Below the pieces are notes generated by a model. The model had not been told where the DNA came from. It ran no database searches and saw only the letters and a program-made list of their open reading frames with translations. From assembly GCF_028641065.1 (NCBI RefSeq), contig NW_026576674.1, forward strand, positions 186,001 through 250,000: DNA of 64,000 nucleotides, read 5' to 3'. Shown here in pieces: positions 1 to 12,327 of this stretch. The position numbers and the translations under genes were made by a program. Source of the DNA: Leucoraja erinacea. Its lineage: Eukaryota. How positions within the stretch are numbered: the stretch's first letter is position 1; every line of letters starts with the position of its first letter.

Positions 1-1615
1 GGAAAAGCTTATCCAAGTCAACTCTGTCTATCCTTCTCATCATTTGAAAGACCTCTATCAAATCCCCCCTTAACCTTCTGCGCTCCAATGAATAAAGACC
101 TAACTCGTTCAACCTTTTTCTGCAATTTAGTTGCTGAAATCCAGGCAACATTCTAGTACATCTCTTCTGTACTCTCTCTATTTTGTTGGCATCCTTCCTA
201 TAATTAGGCGACCAAAATTGTACACCATTCCCCAGAACTGGCCTCATCAATGCCTTGTACAATTTTAACATTACATCCCAGCTTCTATACTCAATGCTCT
301 GATTTAAAAAAGCCAGCACACCAAAAGCTGGTCCTTCCCACCTTTACCACCCTATCTACACGAGTTTCCACCTTCAGGGAACTGTGCACAGTTATTCCTA
401 GATCCCTCTATTAAACTGCATTCTTCAATTCCCTACCATTTACCATGTACGTCCTATTTTGATGTGTCCTGCCAAGATGTAGCACCTCGCACTTATCAGC
501 ATTAAACTCCATCTGCCATCTTTCAGCCCACTCTTCCAAATGGCCTAAATCTCTCTGTAGACTTTGAAAATCAACTTCATTATCCACAACAACACCTATC
601 TTAGTATAACCTGCATACCTACTAATCCAATTTACCACACCATCATCCAGATCGTTGATGTACATGACAAACAACAGTGGACCCAACACAGATCCCTGTG
701 GCATACCACTAGTCACTGGCCTCCAACCTGACAAACAACCATCCACCATTTCTCTCTGGCATCTCCCATTCAGCCACTGTTGAATCCATCTTGCTACTCC
801 ACCATTAATGCCCAACAATCTTAACCAATCTTCCATGAAGAACCTTGTCAAAGGTCTTACTGAAGTCTATATATACAACATCCACTGCTTTACCCTCATC
901 AATTTCCCGAGTAACCTCTTAAAAAAATTCAAGAAGATTTGTCAACCATGACCTTCCAGGCACAAATCCATGTCGACTGTTCCTAATCAGACCCTGTTTA
1001 TCCAGGTGCTTATATATATTATCTCTAAGTATCCTTTCCATTAATTTGCCCACCACTGACGTCAAACTAACAGGTCTATAATTTCTAGGTTTACTCTTAG
1101 AACCCTTTTTAAACAATGGAACAACATGCACAGTACGCCAACCCTCGGGCACTATTTCCGTTTCTAATGACATTTGAAATATTTCTGTCATAGCCCCTGT
1201 TATTTCTACACTAACTTCCCTCAATGTCCTAGGGAATATCCTGTCAGGACCTGGAGACTTATCCACTTTTATATTTTTCAAGTGTCAATACTTCATCTTC
1301 TTTGATTCGAATAGTTTCCATAGCTACTCTACTTGTTTACCTTACCTCACATAATTCAATATCCTTCTCCTTGGTGAATACCGAGGAAAGGAAATTGTTC
1401 AACAGCTTCCCCATCTCTTTTGGCTCTGCAGATAGCTGTCCACTCTGACTCTCTAATGGACCAATTTTATCCCTCGTTATCCTTTTGTTATTAGTATAGC
1501 TGTAGGAACCATTTGGATTTACTTTCACCTCACTTGCCAAAGCAACCTCATATCTTCTTTTAGCTTTTCTAATTTCTTTGTTAAGATTCAAATTACATTC
1601 TTTATACTCCTCAAC
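1..1615 (-). mobile_element. CR1-clade LINE ORF2 fragment (family A), degraded
   Basis: Minus-strand ORFs with [32 protein letters not shown] and WQMEFNADKC; broken by stops and frameshifts. Confidence 0.93.
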
Positions 1616-1639
1616 AGGTCCCAAAAAAAGAGAAATACA

Positions 1640-2160
1640 AGTAGCTAGAATGGTACCGAAGCCGTTTGGCATGCTTGCCTTCATTAGTCGGGCTTTGAAT
1701 ACAAAAGTCAGGAAGTTATGATACTGACCGATAACACTTTGAGTAGGTCATATGTTAAGGATTATGTGCGGTTCTTCTCGCCCACCGACAGCAATGGCTT
1801 CAAAGCTTCAGAGTGAGTGCAGAATAGATTCAACAGACTGCTTCCTGGATTGTCCTGCTTTGAGCACGAGAAGAACTAGGGCAAACTTGGAATGCTTTAT
1901 CTGGAATACCGAGGGTTTAAAGCAGACTTGATAATACAACACTACGAGAGCCATTGATGGGATAGCAGGTTAGACACGGTTTCCACGGTGGAGGTGATTG
2001 TAGGGCATATCGTTAAGGTGAAATGGTCAGAGTTTAAAAGATGTACGCGAGCAGGTTTTTGTACAGAGGGTGACGGGTGCCTGGAACGTGATGTTGGGGA
2101 TGGTGGTGGCAGCAAATATTAAAGTAGCAGCTAGAGGCTTTTAGAGCAGCACATGGATAG
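1640..2160 (+). mobile_element. Old degraded CR1 3' fragment
   Basis: Weak similarity to CR1 C-terminal coding sequence (ggcatgcttgccttcattagtcggg, gggtgcctggaac). Confidence 0.6.
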
Positions 2161-2354
2161 ATAATTCAACATTACTCTATTGTGGGAACTGAGAATGCGA
2201 ATAGAATAGGAAGTGTATAGAATAGGAATCATTACTTTAAAATATCTCTATTCTATAATAAAATAATACTCCCTATAATGGAGAATAACCAACTCTGCTG
2301 GCAGTTATTACACAATTCTATATTTAGAAGCAGCAAACGTGATCTGGCTAACAT

Positions 2355-2450
2355 TGTTTGTTTAAATGACTGACGCTAATCTCAATTAATTTGCCTTGAT
2401 TTGGCGCCATGTGGTTCTCTGGAGAATATGCTAGTAAGGTTAAAAAGCAA
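2355..2450 (+). promoter_or_regulatory. Putative proximal promoter of GPCR-1
   Basis: TGTTTGTTTAA at 2355, TAATCT/TAATT homeodomain-type cores, TCTCTGGAGA at 2416 and a TTAAAA box; conserved at 14362-14450. Confidence 0.5.
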
Positions 2451-2497
2451 GCGCCCTGTCACATACTACTGGCAGGAAACGGCGGTTATCTCTGGTC

Positions 2498-2567
2498 ATG
2501 AACGGGCCGGTCGTCAACCAGATCGAGAACGTGTTCTACCCAATCCTTGTCACCATTGGTGTTCCTG
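2498..2567 (+). CDS. GPCR-1 coding exon 1 (MNGPVVNQIENVFYPILVTIGVP), GPR139/GPR142-like orphan class A GPCR
   Basis: ATG at 2498, 70 nt, donor G|GTAAGC; phase 1 joins in frame to the exon at 5298 (VP-A-NLL); paralogous 70-nt exons at 14532, 41531 and 54034. Confidence 0.9.
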
Positions 2568-3779
2568 GTAAGCCCTTTACCTTTTTCTGACGATATTTCG
2601 CCGTCTAAACTTTACTGTTAAAACTAGATGTGCTATTACTTATTGCTTAAGTAACTAACATAATTATTGACATCTAAAATCTAAAATACACAATCGCATC
2701 TATGGCGGGGAGATACAGTGCGGTGTAGACAGGCAGATTAGTTCAAGTTATCCAAGCTTCTCATTCACTCCTTGAGGACGAAGGAACATTTTACGGCGCC
2801 GAGTTTACCTACAAACCCGCACTATTTCGGATCAGGGAAGAATCGGTACCACCTGGAAGAAACTGACACGGGGACATGCAGAACGTGTAAGATTCACACA
2901 GACAGGGTTGGTCTCTGCTGGCTTTCTATGTTCCATGACCCTGAGTGTTATATGTACCGTGATCGGAAAAGGCTATCGTCATGTTATTAGACATCAGCAA
3001 TTAATCTATCGATTTTCATCCCAAGGAGATACACTCGATCCCCCGCCACGGCACATGTGCTGATGGCCTCATATTCATCGGTTCTGTCAGTCGACCACTA
3101 ATTAACATGTGCCCGCCGTTGTTGTGTGATATCAATATGTAGCTGGTCCACATGTTTCTGAATCCATTGACGGTGTTGACAGAACCAGGCATGTAATAAT
3201 TCTCCATCGCCAAATCGAAGTGAACTGATAGCGAATTAGGTGAATTCACCGCTACGATATAGAAGGCGGCAGGTTCGGCCCATCTGGCTTTTGTCGCGTC
3301 CAACTGCAATTGGAATTAATGGCTGATTTTGCTTATCACATGTTCTTCCAAATGTCCCCAACTTTTCTGCCAGAGGCCAATGCTGTGCCGGCATCGTGTT
3401 TGGATTAGTATCCGCATGTAGAAGGACACAGGAGCTGCGGGCTCGTGTTTGTGAATCACAGCGACGGAGACCGGGAGTGATCTTGACCTCCAACGTTTCC
3501 CGGGTGGAGTTTGTACGTTGTTCTCGGGACCAGGTTGATTACTTTAGTTTCCTCCGCATCCCAGAGATCAGAGAGTTAAATAGTAAGTTAATAATAATTA
3601 GTTTTCAAACACAACCCGTGTTGGTAAACTGGATTCTGTCATTGCTTCCACTGTGCAGGGAGTGCATGCGATTGTTGGAAAAATGGAACTGGTGACAACG
3701 GGTGATAAATGATCGGCAGGTCGGTGTGCTGGGGAACTATTATCATGCTGTATCAATCAGTCAATCTATCAAAAGCACA

Positions 3780-4690
3780 ATAAGGCAACGTAATGAATGC
3801 AAAGCAAAGCAGACGTTGATGGCAAGGCTTTGACCAACGCAGGGGAAGGCATTGAAGGTAATGCATTAGAGGCAAGGCATTGATGGCATGATATTGAAGG
3901 CAAGTCAAGGACTCGAATGCAATTCATTGCAGTCAAGGAGACACATTGGCGGGAAGACTTTCATATGAAGAAAGACTGGATAGACTCGGCTTGTACTCGC
4001 GAGAATTTAGAAGATTGAGGGGGGATCTTATAGAAACTTACAACATTCTTAAGGGGTTGGACAGGCTAGATGCAGGAAGATTGTTCCCGATGTTGGGGAA
4101 GTCCTGAACAAGGGGTCACAGTTTAAGGATAAAAGGGAAATCTTTTAGGACTGAGATGAGATAAACATTTTTCACACAGAGTGGTGAATCTCTGGAATTC
4201 TCTGCCACAGAATTTAGTTGAGGCCAGTTCATTGGCTATATTTAAGAGGGAGTTAGATGTGGCCCTTGTGGCTAAAGGGGTCGGGGATATGGAGAGAAGG
4301 CAGGTACAGGACACGGAGTTGGATGATCAGCCGTGATCATATTGAATGGCGGTGCGGGCTCGGAGGGCCGAATGGACTACTCCTGCACCTATTGTATATG
4401 TTCCTATGTTTCTAAGACGAGGCAGGCGTTGATGTTTAGGCTTTTACGGCAGCATAAGGGAAATCATCGAAGGCAATGCATTAAATGCAAGACGTCATTG
4501 AGCGTGCGCATTAAAGGCAAAGCCAGGCAAGGCATTGAATGCAATCCTTGACGCCAAGGCAATGAATTGCAGGGGAGGCAAAGCAGGGCATTGAAAGCAA
4601 AGCAAGGCAATGAATGGAATTCAATGGCAATGCATGGCATTGAATTCAAAGGCAAGGTATGGCATTGAAGGGAAGGCAAGGTATTGAACC
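3780..4690. repeat. Degenerate GGCAAGGCATTGAA-type low-complexity array, interrupted by a CR1 fragment
   Basis: Repeated ggcaa/ggcattgaa units at about 3780-3950 and 4415-4690; homologous arrays at 13190-13330 and 16560-16740. Confidence 0.7.
3955..4412 (+). mobile_element. CR1 3' fragment (family B) in GPCR-1 intron
   Basis: YEERLDRLGLYS-type sequence and 3' end gaatggcggtgc...ctatgtttct. Confidence 0.9.
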
Positions 4691-4839
4691 TACACTGAGA
4701 AGGTGCAAACTCCACACAAACAATTCCAGCATTCAGTATCGAACCTGGGACGCTGGAGCTATCAGGATTGCTCTCCATTTGCTTTGAGGGAAAAGGATGG
4801 TAAGAATTGTACGTCTTGTAAAGCAAATTGGGCCGGAGA

Positions 4840-5080
4840 TTACACAGAGAGTGGTGAATCTGTGGAATTATCTGCCACAGAAGGTAGTTGAGGCCAGTTC
4901 ATAGGCTATATTTAAGAGGGAGTTAGATGTGGCCCTTGTGGCTAAAGGGATCAGGGGGTATGGAGAGAAGGCAGGGATGGGATACTGAGTTGGCTGATCA
5001 GCCATGATCATATCAAATGGCGGTGCAGGCTCGAAGGGCCGAATGGCCTACTCCTGCACCTATTTTCTATGTTTCTATGT
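4840..5080 (+). mobile_element. CR1 3' end (family B)
   Basis: Near identical to 12080-12320, with (TTCTATGT)n tail. Confidence 0.9.
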
Positions 5081-5297
5081 AAACAGAGGTGTAAATTGAA
5101 TGAAACATTTGCAATCACATGCGCATCCTGAAATCATTCTGCGATTGATACTGGCATTCCTCTCGCTGTAGACACCTGTGCCGACATATCGATCTGAGAT
5201 ATAGAATCAAATAACGTTCGTTATAAAAAGTGTCAAAGTAACATGCTCCTTGAACAATCCAAGACGGTAATTGGTTTTAATTTCGTCTTTTCTACAG

Positions 5298-6205
5298 CAA
5301 ACCTGTTGGCAATCGTCATTCTCTCCCGAGGAAAGTGTGGCCTCTCCAAATGTATCACCCGCTACCTGGTATCCATGGCCGTAGCTGATCTAATGGTTCT
5401 GATCTTCGAGGTAATTCTTTCAGAGATGGCAGGTGCCTATTATCCGTATTCATTCCTCAACTTATCTCACATTTGTAAGCTGCGTATTTTGTTTAATTGT
5501 ATTTTCATTGATTGCTCTGTCTGGCTAACGGTGACGTTCACCTTCGATCGATTTATCACTATTTGTAATCAGAGTTTACGACCTAAATATTGTACAGAGA
5601 AAACTGCGGCTGTGGTGATAACAGTAACGTGTATCTTAAGTATTATTCAAAATATTCCACTATATATTTTCCTCGTTCCTCTGTACATAATTGACAACGT
5701 GGCTTGGTACTGTTGGGTATCATCAGATGTCTACACCACACCGATATGGGCTGCACTTTCTGTGTTCGAAACCATTTTAACCCCAGTTATACCAATGTTA
5801 CTGATTATTCTACTCAACGCCCTGACAATCAAACACATTATACACGCTAATAGAGTGAGGCGTGGTCTCCGACAGGATAATAAGGCCGATAGCGGGTCAG
5901 ATCAGGAGGTGGAGAACCGAAAGAAGTCCATCATTCTATTGCTGGCCATATCCGGTAACTTCGTACTACTGTGGATGGTGACGTTCGTGTGTTTCATGAG
6001 TGTAAACTTCCTGGACGTTCATCTTTTAGGGTCAGATTACAACGACGCATTCACCATTGCAGAACTGTCTGGATACATGCTGAGGGCTCTGGGTGCTTGC
6101 ACCAACACCTTTATTTATGGGGTGTCCCAGAAAAATTTCAGGGAGGAATTTAAAAATGTGTTTAAGAGAATATTCATTTTAATTTCCAAATCAATTGCAC
6201 GGTAA
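5298..6205 (+). CDS. GPCR-1 coding exon 2; spliced protein 325 aa, 7TM GPR139-like orphan receptor
   Basis: Acceptor tttcgtcttttctacag|; seven hydrophobic segments; MAVADL (TM2), FTFDRF (DRY-equivalent), ECL2 Cys, ENRKKSIILL, CTNTFIY (NPxxY-equivalent), helix-8 FR; stop at 6203-6205. Confidence 0.95.
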
Positions 6206-6356
6206 ATCTGAAATTTCCTTTCGAAATTACGTCTTCTTTAAAATAGTGTTATTGCATCTTACTGTCCGAACGGCCGTTAGTAACTTCCACTCAATACCAT
6301 CTACATCAGGATAATCCATTCAGCAATTAACCTACGCACGCCCATTCAATGTATCC

Positions 6357-6580
6357 GTAGATAGACACAAAAAGCTGGAGTAACCCAGCGGGACAGGCGA
6401 CATCTAAGGAGAGAAGGAATGGGTGACGTTTCGGGTCGAGACCCTGTATGAAGAAGTGGCTCGACCCGAAACGCGACCCATTATTTCTCTCCAGAGATGC
6501 TGCCAGTCCCGCTGAGTTACTGCAGCTTTTTATATCTATCTCGCATTTAAACCAGTATCTACTGTTCCGTCTTACACTTT
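6357..6580. mobile_element. Palindromic Penelope-derived short repeat downstream of GPCR-1
   Basis: Arms agatagacacaaaaagctggagtaac...gtttcgggtcgag and ctcgacccgaaac...gttactgcagctttttatatctatc are reverse complements; paralogous copy at 18160-18380. Confidence 0.8.
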
Positions 6581-7599
6581 CAACATATCCATTTGAATTG
6601 AACTCAAATGACTAAGGCAATTTACGCAGTCAACTAATTGAGTCGTTAGGACGTGGAGAGGATCAGCTGGCCACGAGATAAATCCCCGCGGGGGCAGGGA
6701 GACCATGCGAAATCCGCACAGCATCAGTCGGCGGATCGCAAGGAGGAGCCTGCAGGTACATCAAGGATAGGCAGATTTGTAGAATGATGGCATTGTTTGT
6801 CAACTACAACACGTGACATAGAATAGCAATTATCAGGATAGATATCTTGCTAGAATTGAATCTGCATTTAATTGAGCGACGGGTCATTTATTGTAATTTA
6901 ACCCAAGTACCTGTAGATGTTCGTTTACGTAAAGAGTGCACAATATGCTGGACTACCTCTGACGGTCAGGCAGCGTATGTGGGGAGGATAGATAGCTGAC
7001 GTAATAACAAGGAACTACAGTAGATGGTTTATACCGAAGATGTTGAAGACATTCACCAGGTCGGGCAGCATCTATCGACAACATAGATAGTTGACATTTC
7101 TGGACGGAAAGCTTCTTCAAACTGAACAAGGTTTCGGAACCGAAAAGTCGCCTCTCCATGTTCGCAAGAGATGCTGCTGATCAACTGGGTTGATCCAGCA
7201 TTTTGTAAATATCTATAAATGGGTGACGTTAGGGGTCGTGACCCTTCTCAGATACAGTAACGCCCTGAAATACAGCGTGCTCACAAATAACCAACTTTAT
7301 TCTTACGAAAGGTCAAGGCGACATTTGGTGGCGCGGTGGTAGAGTTGTTGGCTCACAGCGCCAGATGCCCGTGTTTGATTCTGACATGCAGTGCCGTCTG
7401 AATGTTGTTTGCATGCCGGGTTGCTCTCACATTCCATAGATTTGTGAGTTTTGTAGGATATTGACGTGTGAACATTGCTCCTTGTGTTTAGCGATTAGGC
7501 GAGGCAGTGAGATAACATAGATCTAGTCTCACTCATCCGCCGGTACCACGAAGATGTTGCCGCCACTGGCTACCACCATCATATAGCCCGTCGCTGCTT

Positions 7600-8545
7600 A
7601 TCGTAGAGGCATAGAGTGATGCAGTGTGGAAACAGGCCCTACGGTCCAACTTTATCACACCGGCTAACATGTCCCAGCTACACTACTTCCACCTTCCTAC
7701 GCTTGGTCCATGTCCCTGCAAACCTGTCCTATCCATGTACCTGACTAACATTTTTATAAACGTTGTAATAGAACCAGCCCCAACTGCCTCATCTTGCAGC
7801 TAGCTCCAAACACCCACCACACTTTGTGTGAAAAGGTTACCAGTCACATTCCCATTAAATATTTTTCCCTTCACCTTCAAGTTTGACAATATCTTTCCTA
7901 TAACGGTGCCCAGAACTGAACACAATATTCTAAATGCGGTATCATCAACGTATATACAACTGCAACATGACCTCGCAACTTCTATACTCAATACTGTGAC
8001 TGATGAAATCCAACGTGCCAAAATATTTGTGACCACCTGATCGACCTGCAACTCGACCTTCAAGGAACCATGCACCTGCACTCCTAGATCCCCCTGCTCT
8101 ACAACACTCCCCAGAGGCCTACCATTCGCTGTGTAAGTCATGTTCGACGTCCCAAAACGCAACATCTCACACTTCTCCGTATTAAATTCCATCAATCTTT
8201 CCTCAGCCCACCTGGCTAATCGATCCAGATCCTGCTGCAAACTTTCACAGCCATATTCACTATCTGCAAAACTATCCTCTTGTATATCATCTGCAAACTT
8301 GCTAACCTTGCCCTGTATCTTCTCATTCAAATCATTGGAGTAGATGACAAAGAGTAACGGGCCCAGCATCGAACCCTGAGGCACACCACTAGCCACAGTC
8401 CTCCAGCCTGAGAAGCAACGTTCCACCATCACTCTCTGTCCTTCCATGTGGCAAATTTGCTATCCATTCAGTTAAACCTCCTTGGATCCCGTGCGATCCA
8501 ACATCCCAGATCGGCCTAGCATGCGGGATCTTGTCGAATCTTTGT
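7600..8545 (-). mobile_element. CR1 LINE RT and 3' end fragment
   Basis: ORF 7800-8447 has GVPQGSMLGPLLF, SKFADD and MEFNTEKC. Confidence 0.88.
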
Positions 8546-8879
8546 CCAGACATCCCCTTCTTCACCATCACCCCGCCGGTTACAGCCAATGTGCATTGTT
8601 TTCATCGCCGCCCCCTGGCCTTGCTTGCCGGCCGACCGCACCGGCGACCCTTGCCTGGCAAACCGTCTGCCGACGGGAGGCATACATTGACTCAGCCGAT
8701 CCTTGACTCTGCACCGGCCTGGAAGCATCAGCTTATCCCGGTTCCAAACTCTGGTCCCTGCAGCGGGCTCCACCTTGCCAGATCCGGCAACATCACATTG
8801 ACTCACTCCCCTGCAGAATCTCTTGTGTCCCGCTGCTCTCACTGCCAACAGGGAACTTCAGCAATGGCGCCACCTTTAC

Positions 8880-9392
8880 ACTACCCGTCATTGCCCCTCC
8901 TATCTCAGTACCCATCATTTCTCCATCGAACTTCACCCTCGATCCTCCCCCCGATCCTCACAACACCACCCTGCCGCCATAATATCGAGGTATTATTTTG
9001 CCGTTCACGTCATCTGTGGAAAGGGGCTACCCCTCAAAGTGATGACATGTTTTCCCGCCTCCAACATTTCTCCGCCAATTGGCCTCATCCTGACGGCATT
9101 CGATCCACTCTGATCTTTGTTCTTTAGACCTGACGCCGCGAAATCAATAGTGTTGAATTACCTACGATCTTGACTCACGTTGATCTTACCTCTCTCAACG
9201 CACAGCTCTCCTCTCACTCAACCATAACCCGTCCATTGTCATTAAACTCGCAGACAAGCCGAACATGTGGCCATAATCGCTCAGACTCTTTCTGATCCAA
9301 TCACCTCTAGCTTTCTGCTCCACAGCCTCCCAGCCACATACCTTAGCACCGCAAAGCCCGTTTTTTTAATCTCTTCCCGAAGATTCAATAAA
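8880..9392 (+). mobile_element. Degraded Penelope-like element, RT N-terminal fragment
   Basis: Encodes NPSIVIKLADK (IKPADKG motif) and a frameshifted ARFF..PKI(H)K motif. Confidence 0.6.
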
Positions 9393-9494
9393 TTGCAGGC
9401 GGATTTACAAACCAAACTCAGAGCTCCCGTGGATTTTGAAGCAACAGCAACAAAGAGAAGCAGGAGAAAGCACTGATTGGCTCTAATCCAAGTG

Positions 9495-11419
9495 TGAGTA
9501 TAAAGAATGTAAAAATAATCTTAAGAAAGAAATTTGAAAAGCTAAAAGAAGATATGAGGTTGCTATGGCAAGTAAGGTGAAAGTAAATCCAAAGGGTTTC
9601 TACAGCTATATTAATAGCAAAAGGATAACAAGGGATAAAATTGGTCCATTAGAGAGTCAGAGTGGACAGCTATCTGCAGAGCCAAAAGAGATGGGGGAGA
9701 TATTGAACAATTTCATTTTCTTCGGTATTCACCAAGGAGAAGGATACTGAATTATGTGAGGTAAAGGAAACAAGTAGAGTAGCTATGGAATCTATGAGAT
9801 TCAAAGAAGAGGAAGTACTAACACTTTTGAGAAATATAAAAGTGGATAAGTCTCCAGGTCCGGACAGGATATTCCCTAGGACATTGAGGGAAGTTAGTGT
9901 AGAAATAGCAGGGGCTATGACAGAAATATTTCAAATGTCATTTGCAACGGGAATAGTGCCGGAGTATTGGCGTACTGCGCATGTGGTTCCATTGTTTAAA
10001 AAGGGGTCTAAGAGTAAACCTAGCAATTATAGACCTGTTAGGTGGACGTCAGTGGTGGGCAAATTAATGGAAAGGATACTTAGAGATAATATGTATAAGC
10101 ACCTGGATAAACAGGGTCTGATTAGGAACAGTCAGCATTGATTTGTGCCTGGAAGTTCATGTTTGACTAATCTTCTTGAATTTTTTGAAGAGGTTACTCG
10201 GAAAATTGATGAGGGTAAAGCAGTGGATGTTGTATATATGGACTTCAGTAAGGCCTTTGACAAGGTTACTCACGGAAGGTTGGTTACGAATGGTTGGGTA
10301 TTAATTGTGGAGTAGCAAGATGGATTCAACAGTGGCTGAATGGGAGATGCCAGAGAGTAATGGTGGATGGTTGTTTGTCAGGTTGGAGGCCAGTGACTAG
10401 TGGGGTGCCACAGGGATCAGTGTTGGGTCCACTGTTGTTTGTCATGTACATCAATGATCTGGATGATGGTGTGGTAAATTGGATTAGTAAGTATGCAGAT
10501 GATACTAAGATAGGTGGTGTTGTGGATAATGAAGTAGATTTTCAAAGTCTACAGAGAGATTTATGCCAGTTGGAAGAGCGGGCTGAAAGATGGCAGATGG
10601 AGTTTAATGCTGATAAGTGTGAGGTGCTACATCTTGCAGGACAAATCAACATAGGACGTACATGGTAAATGGTAGGGAATTGAAGAATGCAGGTGAACAG
10701 AGGGATCTGGGAATAACAGTGCACAGTTCCCTGAAAGTGGAAGCTCATGTAGATAGGGTGGTAAAGAAAGCTTTTGGTGTGCTGGCCTTTAATAAATCAG
10801 AGCATTGAGTATAGAAGTTGGGATGTAATGTTAAAATTTTACAAGCCATTGGTGAGGCCAATTCTGGAATATGGTGTACAATTTTGGTCGCCTAATTATA
10901 GGAAGGATGTCAACAAAATAGAGAGAGTTCAGAGGAGATTTGTTAGAATGTTGCCTGGGTTTCAGCAACTAAGTTACAGAGAAAGGTTGAACAAGTTAGG
11001 GCTTTATTCTTTGGAGCGCAGAAGGTTAAGGGGGGACTTGATAGAGGTCTTTAAAATGATGAGAGGGATAGACAGAGTTGACGTGGATAAGCTTTTCCCA
11101 CTGAGATTAGGGAAGATTCAAACAAGGGGACATGACTTGAGGATTAAGGGACAGAAGTTTAGGGGTAACATGAGGGGGAACTTCTTTACTCCGAGAGTGG
11201 TGGCTGTGTGGAATGAGCTTCCAGTGAAGGTGGTGGAGGCAGGTTCGTTTTTATTATTTAAAAATAAATTGGATAGTTATATGGACGGGAAAGGAATGGA
11301 GGGTTGTGGTCTGAGCGCAGGTATATGGGACTCGGGGAGAATACGTGTTCGACACGAACTAAAAGAGTCGAGATGGCCTGTTTCCGTGCTGTAATTGTTA
11401 TATGTTATATGGTTATATG
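9495..11419 (+). mobile_element. CR1 LINE (family A), 5'-truncated, 3' end intact
   Basis: RT motifs PQGSVLGP and YADD, C-terminal LERRRLRGDLIE, (TATGGTTA)n tail. Confidence 0.95.
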
Positions 11420-11525
11420 ACAGGGTTGGTCTCCGCTGGCGTTCCATGCTCCATGTTCTACAAGTGTTCTATGTCCGGTGATGGGAACTGGCTACCATCG
11501 TGTTATTAGAGATGAGCAATTAATC

Positions 11526-12327
11526 AGAGAAGGCAAAAACAGGAAAGCAGACTATTATCTAAATGGTGGCCGATTAGGAAAGGGGGAGATGCAGCGAGAC
11601 CTGGGTGTCATGGTACACCAGTCATTGAAGGTAGGCATGCAGGTGCAGCAGGCAGTAAAGAAAGCGAATGGTATGTTAGCTTTCATTGCAAAAGGATTTG
11701 AGTATAGGAGCAGAGAGGTTCTACTGCAGTTGTACAGGGTCTTGGTGAGACCACACCTGGAGTATTGCGTACAGTTTTGGTCTCCAAATCTGAGGAAGGA
11801 CATTATTGCCATAGAGGGAGTGCAGAGACGGTTCACCAGACTGATTCCTGGGATGTCAGGACTGTCTTATGAAGAAAGACTGGATAGACTTGGTTTATAC
11901 TCTCTAGAATTTAGAAGATTGAGTGGGGATCTTATAGAAACTTACAAAATTCTTAAGGGGTTGGACAGGCTAGATGCAGGAAGATTGTTCCCGATGTTAG
12001 GGAAGTCCAGGACAAGGGGTCACAGCTTAAGGATAAAGGGGAAATCCTTTAAAACTGAGATGAGAAGAACGTTTTTCACGCAGAGAGTGGTGAATCTCTG
12101 GAACTCTCTGCCACAGAGGGTAGTTGAGGCCACTTCATTGGCTATATTTAAGAGGGATTTAGATGTGGCCCTTGTGGCTAAGGGGATCAGGGGGTATGGA
12201 GAGAAGGCAGGTACGGGATACTGAGTTGGATGATCAGCCATGATCATATTGAATGGCGGTGCAGGCTCGAAGGGCCGAATGGCCTACTCCTGCACCTAAT
12301 TTCTATGTTTCTATGTTTCTATGTTTC
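11526..12327 (+). mobile_element. CR1 LINE 3' part (family B) inserted in the GPCR-2 intron remnant
   Basis: ORF 11478-12224 C-terminal CR1 motifs; (TTCTATGT)n tail; taatc on both flanks (11521, 12328); paralogous empty site at about 3000. Confidence 0.93.

Noticed and set aside
5243-5297. ORF-track N-termini of the GPCRs (also 17050, 38394, 51921) and of the SPRY ORF (30175)
   Set aside because: These starts lie in polypyrimidine tracts or use non-ATG codons; the real N-termini come from spliced upstream exons
8482-9127. GC-rich overlapping ORFs of 74-198 aa
   Set aside because: No recognisable domain or splice structure; partly degraded Penelope-like sequence
9267-9500. Possible TRIM coiled-coil exon (NKLQADLQTKL)
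   Set aside because: The apparent acceptor region is the Penelope PKIHK motif and the frame ends in a stop without a compatible donor
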